A DNA stretch of 64,000 bases, from assembly GCA_028710135.1 (NCBI GenBank), contig JAQUSS010000001.1, positions 14,751-78,750 of the forward strand, read 5' to 3'. Position 1 is the first letter of the stretch. Each line of letters starts with the position of its first letter. The position numbers and the translations under genes were made by a program. The notes under the pieces were generated by a model. That model did no database searches and had not been told where the DNA came from. It saw nothing but the letters and a program-made list of their open reading frames with translations. Of the stretch, positions 1-8,794 are shown piece after piece. Source of the DNA: Gemmiger sp. (GTDB taxonomy: Bacteria > Bacillota > Clostridia > Oscillospirales > Ruminococcaceae).

Positions 1-454
1 GCCGCACCGCGCAAGATAGCCCGTGGGCGGGGCAATCCTCGCAAATTTTGCCATCCCGCAGCAGGATGCCGTTGGGGCAAAACAGCCGGAAATTGTGCAG
101 CGTTTGCACCACCGGCACCCCCGCCCACCGGCAGGCCCAAAACACCGCGGGGCTTACTACCAGCAGGGTGTTGTGTACGTGCACCACCGCGGGCCTAATG
201 GTGCGCAGCAGCGCCCCCACCTCCCGCAAAGTGCGCAGGCTGAACAGCGCCGTAAAGGGCAGCAGCGCCTTGCGCAGCGGGTGGCCGTCCACCTCGGCAT
301 TGTCGCGGCAGTACACCGATACCTCCCACCCGTGGCGCTCCAACAGGGCGCGCTCGGCCTCAAAAACGGCATCCTCGCCCCCGGGCAAGCGGTACCGGTC
401 ATGCACCAGCAAAATGCGCCGCCCCGCCCCACCGTTATCCTCCGTACCGTCCAC
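1..454 (-). CDS. Glycosyltransferase family 4, N-terminal part (runs off the window start)
   Basis: Not in the ORF track. Manual minus-strand translation from GTG at 454 gives ...RRILLVHDRYRLPGGEDAVFEAERALLERHGWEV...VVHVHNT...GVPVVQTLHNFRLFCPNG, typical of the GT4 N-domain. Start codon is uncertain. Confidence 0.85.
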   Translation of the reverse strand, partial: MDGTEDNGGAGRRILLVHDRYRLPGGEDAVFEAERALLERHGWEVSVYCRDNAEVDGHPLRKALLPFTALFSLRTLREVGALLRTIRPAVVHVHNTLLVVSPAVFWACRWAGVPVVQTLHNFRLFCPNGILLRDGKICEDCPAHGLSCAVR

Positions 455-480
455 CCCCCTCTTTGGTTTTGTTTTGTTGC

Positions 481-622
481 TATTATAGCATAAATTTCAG
501 TAAATTTATGCTATAATTGCCCATCCCAAGCCGGTTGCCGGGCTGGCAACGCCAGAACGGCGAGGCGTTGGGCATAAGTTCTATAATAATCGCATTCGCG
601 ATTATTATAGCATAAATTTCAG
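481..622. repeat. 122-bp structured dispersed element, copy 1 (hairpin, GC-rich core, hairpin; bounded by a direct repeat)
   Basis: Hairpin ATTATAGCATAAATTT-cagt-AAATTTATGCTATAAT (482-517). Core shared with copy 2. Hairpin CTATAATAATCGC-attc-GCGATTATTATAG (581-610). TATTATAGCATAAATTTCAG is repeated at 481 and 603. Confidence 0.85.
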
Positions 623-865
623 CGGCGGAACAGATGGCTGCACATCTCTCCAAAACTGCCCAAAATTGCGCCGTTAGGCGGCGCAATGGCCTAAAAGGCC
701 TTGCCTTTATGGGGCATTTGGCATAAAATAGAAGGGAAACCTACGGAAAAACGTACTTTTCGAGAAAAAATGTGCAAAAAATGGCACATTTCGCCGGTTT
801 ACGGCGGTATAGATGGCAAAAACGCCGCAGGTTGGGCTGTTGCGGCAGGGCAGGGGGATTTTTTT

Positions 866-3800
866 ATGGATAAAAAACGGATGCTGGTTGTGGATGATAT
901 GGAGGCAAACCGCGCCCTGCTGGCGGAATGCTTTGCGGGCGAGTACACGGTATCGCAGGCGGCAAGCGGCCCAGCGGCAATACAGGCGATTGAGGGCTGC
1001 GGCGGCTGCTTTGATATTGTGCTGCTGGATATTATCATGCCCGAGATGGACGGCATCACCGTGCTAAAATGGCTGCGCGCCTCCCCCTACAGCACTTTGC
1101 CGGTGATTGCCGTTACCACCGAGCCGGGCTACCAGCTGGACGCGCTGGAAAACGGCGCGTGGGATTTTATACCCAAGCCTGCCGATACCCGGGTGATACG
1201 CGCCCGGGTGCACAACGTGCTGGCCCGGCACGAGCTTGAAAATGCCCGCCGCGATAACGCCGCGCTGCGCCAAAAGCAGCTGGAGATGGATAACCTTATC
1301 AACAGCATCCCGGGCGGCATTGCCATCTACCGCCTGGCGGACCGTTTTGAACCCCTGTATTTTTCCGATGGCGTGGCCGAACTTAGCGGCCATACCCGGC
1401 AGGAATATGCCACCCTGGTTGCCCAGGATGCCACCGGTTTTATGTACGCCGAGGATAAAAAGCGGCTGCTGCCCGGTATGCTAAACGCCCTGCGCCAGGG
1501 CAAGCCGGTGGACGAAACCTACCGCATCCACCACAAAAACGGCAGCCTTGTTTGGGTGCGCCTTTGCGGGCAAAGCATTGGCCAGCGGGGCGGCAAACCG
1601 CTGATTCACGCCGTGCTCCAGCGTCCCTCCCGCATGGCGCAGCTTTACCGCAATTTGGTGAACGAATCCAGCAGCGCCATCTATGTGAGCGATTTACACA
1701 ATTACGACCTTTTGTATATGAATAGCGCCGGCCTGCACTGGCTGGGCAAGGAGCGCGAGGATTACAGCGGCACCAAATGCTACGAGTTTTTGTTTGGCCG
1801 CACCAGCCCCTGCCCCTTCTGCCGCACCGCGCAGATGACGGCCGAGCAGTATGTGGAGCGGGATTATACCTACCCCCAAAACGGCCGCACCTACCATATG
1901 CGCGGCAAGCTGACCGATTGGAACGGCATTGCCGCCCATGTGGAATACGTAACCGATGTGAGCGAGGAGCGGGCCACCCAAAAGCACCTGTTTGCGGCCC
2001 GCCAAAAGGTGGAGGATTTGCGCCAGCAGGCCCAGGAGGCACTGGATAGCTACAAATCGCTGGTAAACGCGGTGCCCGGCGGCATTGCCCTGTACGAGGT
2101 GCGGGATGGCCGGGTGCTGACCCACTTTTTCAGCGATGGTATGTGCGCGCTTACCGGCTACACCCGCGCGGAGCGTAGCCAGTTTAACAACCGGGATGCC
2201 TTTACCCTAACCTACCCGGAGGATCGCCCCACCGTGGATGCCGCAATCAAGCAGGCGCTTGCCACCGGGGGCGATATCAACCTTACCTACCGCATCCTCA
2301 CAAAAAGCGGCCAGCCCCGCTGGGTGCAGCTGCGCGCCACCCACTCCCTGGTGGGCGAAACCCACCTGTTCCACGCGGTGTTTAACGATGTTGAAAATAC
2401 CAAGCGGATTGAACAGGAGCTGCGCGAAAACCAGCTTCGGTACCAAATTGCCATCAAAAGCTCGGGCATCAATTTGTGGGAGTACGATATCCAAAAAGAT
2501 TCGCTCTATGTGGTTTCCAACTCGCCGCGCATCAAGCAAAACTGCTTCCAGATTGACCATTACACCACCTCCACCCTGCGCAACGGCTATGTGCGCGCCG
2601 ATAGTGTGGATTGCTTTTTGTCGATTTTTGAGCGCCTGCGCCAGGGCGTAGCCGAAATTACCGAGGATATTTGGTACAAAACCACCGATGAAGCGGGCTT
2701 TTGGTGCGAGCGGGTAACCTACATCACCTACCTGGCCCAGGAGGGTAAGCCCCTAAAGGCCTTTGGCACCGGGCGGGATGTAACCCGCGAAAAGGTGGCC
2801 GAGAAAAACTTCCAGGAGGAAATTTATTACCGCGAAGCCCTGCAAACCAAAAACCTGGCCACCATCAAGCTGAACCTGACCAAAAATAAGGTGGTGGATG
2901 GCAGCAGCCCCTTTAAGAGCCTAAAGGCCGCCATCAAGCAGGGCAATGTGGACGCTTACCTGGCCGCCACCACCGCCGCCATCACCAGCAAGGAGGCGCA
3001 GGCCGATTTTGCCGCCCGCTTTAACCGCAAGGCCATGATATCCGCCTTCAACCAGGGCAAAAACAGCCTGAATATTGAGATAACCCGGCTGTTTGACACC
3101 GAAAAAATGTACTGGGAAAGTTACACCGCCCACCTTTTGCAGGATACCGATAGCAAAGAGGTAATTGCCTACATTGCCGGGGTGGATATCACCCACGAAA
3201 AGGTGATGCAAACCATTAAGGAAACCGTAACCCGCACCGATTACGATTTCTTTGTGGTGGTGGATGGCACCACCAACTCGGCGCAGGATTTTGCCGCCGA
3301 CCCAGCCGACCGCCTGTTTGCCGAGGGCGACCCCTTTGAGGCCACCAACATTGCGCGGCTGCGGGCCAACGTATGCCCCGAGGATGTGGAGCGGGTGGTG
3401 GCCGGGTGCCGCTTAGAAAATATTTGGGCCGCGCTGGCAAATGGCGAGGTGTACAAGTTCAACTTTAGTATGCGGGAGAAAAACGGCGAAATACGCCGCA
3501 AACAGCTACAGTTTACAAAAATAAACGCCGTGCGCAAAACCTTTTTGATGACCCGTATTGATGTGAACAGCATCTACCGCGAGCAACAGGCCGCCAACCG
3601 CCAGCTACAGCAGGCCCTACAGGATGCCGAGCAGGCAGACCGAGTAAAAACCGAATTTTTGTCCCGGATGAGCCACGATATCCGCACCCCGATGAACGCG
3701 GTGCTCTGCCTTGCCAAGCTGGGGCTGGATGCCCAAGGCCCGGAAGAAGCGAAGGATTGCCTGCGCAAAATTGAAAGCTCGGGGCAATACCTGCTGGCCA

Positions 3801-4885
3801 TCATCAACGATGTGCTAAATTTAAGCAAGCTGCAAAGCGGCACCATCTCCTTCCACCCGGTGGTGGTAAACACCGCGGCGTTTATTGCCCAAACCATTGC
3901 GATTGTGCAGCCCGCCGCCGATGAAAAGGGGCTGCGCCTGGTGGTGAAGCAGAAAAACATCACCACCCCCTATCTGCGGCTGGATGTTACCTATGTGCGG
4001 CAGGTGGCGGTCAACCTGCTATCCAACGCCATCAAATTTACCCCGCCCGGCGGCCAGGTTACCCTAACGCTGGAAAATATGGCCCGCACCGGCGAGTATG
4101 TGGATAACCGGCTGGTTGTGCAGGATACCGGCGTTGGCATTGGGCCGGAATTTTTGCCCCAGGTATTTGCCCCCTTTGCGCAGGAGAATGCCCAGGACGA
4201 CCTTGCCCGCCAGGGCACCGGGCTGGGGCTTTCGATTGTACAAAACATTGTGGAGCAGATGGGCGGCCACGTTTTTGTAACCAGCAAAAAGGGCGTGGGC
4301 ACCACCTTTACGGTGGAGTGGCGGCTGCAAGCCGCAACCGCCGAGGAAGCCCGCGCCGCCCAGCAGCCCGCCCCGGCGCTGGCCTACAACCTGGCAGGCA
4401 AGCGGGTGCTGCTGGTGGAGAACCACCCCCTGAACACCGAGATTGCCCGCCGCCTGCTGGAAAAAGAAAAGGTGCTGGTAACCCACGCCCCCGATGGCAG
4501 CCAGGCGGTAGCCGCCTTTCGCGCCGCCGCCCCCGGCACCTTTGATGCCATTTTGATGGATATACGGATGCCGGTGATGAACGGGCTGGAGGCCACCCGC
4601 GCCATACGCGCCCTGCCCCGCCCCGATGCCGCCACCATCCCCATTATTGCCATGACGGCCAACGCCTTTGACGAGGATGTGCACACCAGCCTGGAGGCCG
4701 GCATGAACGCCCACCTGGCCAAGCCCATTGATGCCGATGCACTGTACCGCACCCTGGGCGAGCAGATGGCCCAAAATAGCAAGGCTAAGGACGCGCCCCC
4801 AGAGCAGGGCGCAGCCCCGAAAGCCGCCCCAAAAGCCGATACAAAGGCAGCCCCGGAAAATGCCAAAACAACCGGCGGCCAATAA
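866..4885 (+). CDS. Hybrid sensor histidine kinase/response regulator (REC, several PAS, HisKA, HATPase, REC)
   Basis: N-terminal REC (LVVDD...LLDIIMP), PAS-like repeats, H-box FLSRMSHDIRTPMN, N-box NLLSNAIKF, G-boxes DTGVGI and GTGLGL, C-terminal REC (ILMDIRMP). Start moved to the ATG at 866 after a GGGGGA RBS. Confidence 0.93.
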   Translation: MDKKRMLVVDDMEANRALLAECFAGEYTVSQAASGPAAIQAIEGCGGCFDIVLLDIIMPEMDGITVLKWLRASPYSTLPVIAVTTEPGYQLDALENGAWDFIPKPADTRVIRARVHNVLARHELENARRDNAALRQKQLEMDNLINSIPGGIAIYRLADRFEPLYFSDGVAELSGHTRQEYATLVAQDATGFMYAEDKKRLLPGMLNALRQGKPVDETYRIHHKNGSLVWVRLCGQSIGQRGGKPLIHAVLQRPSRMAQLYRNLVNESSSAIYVSDLHNYDLLYMNSAGLHWLGKEREDYSGTKCYEFLFGRTSPCPFCRTAQMTAEQYVERDYTYPQNGRTYHMRGKLTDWNGIAAHVEYVTDVSEERATQKHLFAARQKVEDLRQQAQEALDSYKSLVNAVPGGIALYEVRDGRVLTHFFSDGMCALTGYTRAERSQFNNRDAFTLTYPEDRPTVDAAIKQALATGGDINLTYRILTKSGQPRWVQLRATHSLVGETHLFHAVFNDVENTKRIEQELRENQLRYQIAIKSSGINLWEYDIQKDSLYVVSNSPRIKQNCFQIDHYTTSTLRNGYVRADSVDCFLSIFERLRQGVAEITEDIWYKTTDEAGFWCERVTYITYLAQEGKPLKAFGTGRDVTREKVAEKNFQEEIYYREALQTKNLATIKLNLTKNKVVDGSSPFKSLKAAIKQGNVDAYLAATTAAITSKEAQADFAARFNRKAMISAFNQGKNSLNIEITRLFDTEKMYWESYTAHLLQDTDSKEVIAYIAGVDITHEKVMQTIKETVTRTDYDFFVVVDGTTNSAQDFAADPADRLFAEGDPFEATNIARLRANVCPEDVERVVAGCRLENIWAALANGEVYKFNFSMREKNGEIRRKQLQFTKINAVRKTFLMTRIDVNSIYREQQAANRQLQQALQDAEQADRVKTEFLSRMSHDIRTPMNAVLCLAKLGLDAQGPEEAKDCLRKIESSGQYLLAIINDVLNLSKLQSGTISFHPVVVNTAAFIAQTIAIVQPAADEKGLRLVVKQKNITTPYLRLDVTYVRQVAVNLLSNAIKFTPPGGQVTLTLENMARTGEYVDNRLVVQDTGVGIGPEFLPQVFAPFAQENAQDDLARQGTGLGLSIVQNIVEQMGGHVFVTSKKGVGTTFTVEWRLQAATAEEARAAQQPAPALAYNLAGKRVLLVENHPLNTEIARRLLEKEKVLVTHAPDGSQAVAAFRAAAPGTFDAILMDIRMPVMNGLEATRAIRALPRPDAATIPIIAMTANAFDEDVHTSLEAGMNAHLAKPIDADALYRTLGEQMAQNSKAKDAPPEQGAAPKAAPKADTKAAPENAKTTGGQ

Positions 4886-4898
4886 CCGCCGAATAAAC

Positions 4899-4935
4899 AA
4901 AATGCCGCAACATTTTTGGTGTTGCGGCATTTTTT
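4899..4935. terminator. Bidirectional intrinsic terminator
   Basis: AAAATGCCGCAACA...TGTTGCGGCATTTTTT between convergent genes. Confidence 0.8.
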
Positions 4936-4940
4936 GGCCA

Positions 4941-5474
4941 TTATAGCATAGCCATCCGCCCCCGATATTCGCTGCGCAAGATGGCCTCCATCTCCTCGGG
5001 CGTTTCTTTGCAACCGCCCGCAAGCCACATTTTTATAATCGCATTCAATCCGCTTTTAAAAAACGCAATGTGATAATCAATGTTTTGATTGTCAAAATGC
5101 TGCGCCGCCTGCTGCTTGTCGTAGTGCCGGATGGTGTATTGATTGTCGTAGCCGAGCTTGAAGTAGGTGCGGTAAAATAGTGGGTTCTCCCGGATATGCC
5201 GAAACAGCTTTAGGTAGTCATTGCTGTTAAACCGCTGTGTGGTTTCGGCTTCGTAAAGGCGGGCTACCTCCTCCTCCAAATGCGCTCTTACTTTATCGGC
5301 AAGGTCGTACAAATCCAGATAATTGGCGTAAAAGGTGCTGCGGTTCAGCGCCGATGCCTTGCAAATATCGGATACGGTAATTTCGTGCAATGCTTTTGTC
5401 TGCAACAGCGCCACAAATGTTTTCTCAATTTTTTCGATGGATTCCCGCCGCCGTTTGTTGTTTTTTGTGTTCAT
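4941..5474 (-). CDS. TetR/AcrR family transcriptional regulator
   Basis: HTH motif ITVSDICKASALNRSTFYANY near the N-terminus; 177 aa. Confidence 0.92.
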   Translation of the reverse strand: MNTKNNKRRRESIEKIEKTFVALLQTKALHEITVSDICKASALNRSTFYANYLDLYDLADKVRAHLEEEVARLYEAETTQRFNSNDYLKLFRHIRENPLFYRTYFKLGYDNQYTIRHYDKQQAAQHFDNQNIDYHIAFFKSGLNAIIKMWLAGGCKETPEEMEAILRSEYRGRMAML

Positions 5475-5680
5475 ACAATCCCTCTTTTTTATTATTCCAA
5501 CACTTGTGTGCCAATTGATGATTGTTTTTGCCCCCTCGGGAACAGTATACTATTTTTAGATTAAACCAACAACCGCCGGTTTAATAAAATCAAAAAATAG
5601 CCTCTCGCCCTCTCTGCTTGCCGCGCAGCGGCAATCAGAGGAACCGGGCGAACAAAAACAAAAAAATGGAGGAATGTTCT

Positions 5681-6052
5681 ATGAAAAAAAGTAGTTTTGT
5701 CGCCATGCTGCTCGGCACGGTGAGCGGGGTTCTGTTTGCACTGGGTATGTGTATGGCGCTTATACCGCAGTGGGGTGCCTTCCGGCAGGGGGTGCTGTTC
5801 GGCGGTGTGGGGCTGGTGCTTGGGCTGGTTACCTGGCTTGTGTGGCGCAGGATGACGCATCAAGCGCCCATCCACATTTCGGGCAAACACATCCTAACAA
5901 CCGTGGTTGGCGTGGTGGGCGCGCTGGCCCTTGGCGTTGGTATGTGCTTTAGCATGGTGTGGGGCAAACTGCTGCTGGGGGTTGCCATTGGGCTTATCGG
6001 CATCGCCGTATTGCTCTGCCTCGTCCCGCTGATCAAGGGTATCAAAGATTAA
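5681..6052 (+). CDS. Small hypothetical membrane protein (about 4 TM, two similar halves)
   Basis: GGAGGA RBS before ATG 5681; hydrophobic; internal repeat LFALGMCMALI / ALALGVGMCFSMV. Confidence 0.8.
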   Translation: MKKSSFVAMLLGTVSGVLFALGMCMALIPQWGAFRQGVLFGGVGLVLGLVTWLVWRRMTHQAPIHISGKHILTTVVGVVGALALGVGMCFSMVWGKLLLGVAIGLIGIAVLLCLVPLIKGIKD

Positions 6053-6092
6053 CCCCACCGGCACAGCCACCCTGCGGTGTGAGAAAGAAACG

Positions 6093-6779
6093 ATGCGCAG
6101 CCAGATAAAAGCGTTCGCCCTCAGCAGGATAGAAACATCAAAAATCGGGAAAAGGCTTGTAACGCGGCCGCGGTATCGTGCGCTTTTCTTCGCGGCCCTC
6201 AGCCTTTTCCTCAACCTGCTATGCGCCTTGTACCATGGCATACTCGGCGTTATAAATGGCTCGCTATGGTTTACCACGATGTGCGCGTACTATACCATAT
6301 TGAGCATCCTGCGGTTTTCGGCGGTTTTGTGTGGCCGCAGGCGCAAGCCCGGGTATGCCGCAAGTCCCGCATATACCGAATATTTTGTCATGCAGTTATC
6401 GGGCATATTCCTTATCCTGCTATGCTTTGTTTTAACCGGGGTCATTTACATTGGTGTATCGCAAAATATTGCCACCACCTATGATGAAATCACGATGATT
6501 ACCATAGCGGCGTATACCTTTTGCAAAATTGCGGTAGCAATCGTCAAGGCGGTAAAGCAGCATAAAAACCCCTCCCCCATCCTTGCCGTTATCCGCACAA
6601 TTGGCTATGCGGAGGTCGCCGCCTCGGTTCTAACGTTACAGCGCTCTATGCTTGCCTCCTTCGGCGCGGTGAACGCGGCGGAAGCACGCCGCATGAACGC
6701 CTGCACCGGCGCAGCCGTATGCCTGTTTGTGTTGGCGCTTGGCCTTGCCCTGATGGCAAGGGGAAAAAGAAAGGATTGA
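6093..6779 (+). CDS. Hypothetical integral membrane protein (about 6 TM)
   Basis: 228-aa ORF with several hydrophobic segments, in operon order. Confidence 0.75.
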   Translation: MRSQIKAFALSRIETSKIGKRLVTRPRYRALFFAALSLFLNLLCALYHGILGVINGSLWFTTMCAYYTILSILRFSAVLCGRRRKPGYAASPAYTEYFVMQLSGIFLILLCFVLTGVIYIGVSQNIATTYDEITMITIAAYTFCKIAVAIVKAVKQHKNPSPILAVIRTIGYAEVAASVLTLQRSMLASFGAVNAAEARRMNACTGAAVCLFVLALGLALMARGKRKD

Positions 6780-6785
6780 AAAACA

Positions 6786-6983
6786 ATGGCAACATCCAAA
6801 CTCGTCAAAGCAAATGAAGCGATAGAAAAAACCGTGGTAACCGCCTTCCACAAAATCGAGGATACGGTCGTGGGCGGGTATACCAAAATAGAGGACGCTT
6901 TTGTTGGCCGGTATTTAACAAAAGACGGTGAAACCGTAGCGGAAGCGAAAAAACGGCTCGGCGCGATGCACGGCGGAGAATAA
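6786..6983 (+). CDS. Small hypothetical protein with 11-residue repeats
   Basis: AAGGA RBS; repeats AIEKTVVTAFH / KIEDTVVGGYT / KIEDAFVGRYL; terminator follows. Confidence 0.75.
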   Translation: MATSKLVKANEAIEKTVVTAFHKIEDTVVGGYTKIEDAFVGRYLTKDGETVAEAKKRLGAMHGGE

Positions 6984-6988
6984 AATAC

Positions 6989-7030
6989 AAAATGCGAACC
7001 CTGCGGGCTTCCCACAGGGTTCGCATTTTT
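6989..7030 (+). terminator. Intrinsic terminator
   Basis: AAAATGCGAACCCTG...CAGGGTTCGCATTTTT. Confidence 0.8.
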
Positions 7031-7142
7031 TATAGCTTTCTAGCATGGCTGCGGCATGGCTGCGCAAAGGGCAGCCGCCCGCCACGTTATTGGCTTTGCT
7101 TCTTTGCGTTACGGCTTTGCTGGGTGCCTTTTTTAACGCAAA

Positions 7143-8504
<1,362 letters not shown>

Positions 8505-8720
8505 TTATAATATTTCTTTCACCAATTTTTATATTAGCATTTTACCGCCCGGTTGACAATAAAAAATTTGGTATTTTATGTAAAAAAGTAAAAATTATGC
8601 AAGATATGCAGTGTTTTATACAAATCTGTTTTTGGGCGGGGAACAGCCGTTAGAATTTTGCGGCAATATTCACAGCATCTGCTTGCAATCTGGTGGCGCA
8701 GCGGCTACAATCAAAACAAA

Positions 8721-8761
8721 GGGCAACACCGTTGCCCGCTATAAAAGGCAACGCGGTTGCC
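8721..8761. promoter_or_regulatory. Two palindromic operator-like sites GGCAAC-N3-GTTGCC upstream of the GH3 gene
   Basis: GGGCAACACCGTTGCCC (8721-8737) and GGCAACGCGGTTGCC (8747-8761), just before the RBS. Confidence 0.5.
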
Positions 8762-8794
8762 GTATGTGATAGGGACCAAAAAGGAGGATACCCC

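Noticed and set aside
518-577. tRNA or known riboswitch in the core of the 122-bp element
   Set aside because: No T-arm/D-arm consensus or CCA end, and no aptamer motif that I recognise.
701-865. N-terminal extension of the hybrid kinase
   Set aside because: The REC domain and RBS point to ATG 866.
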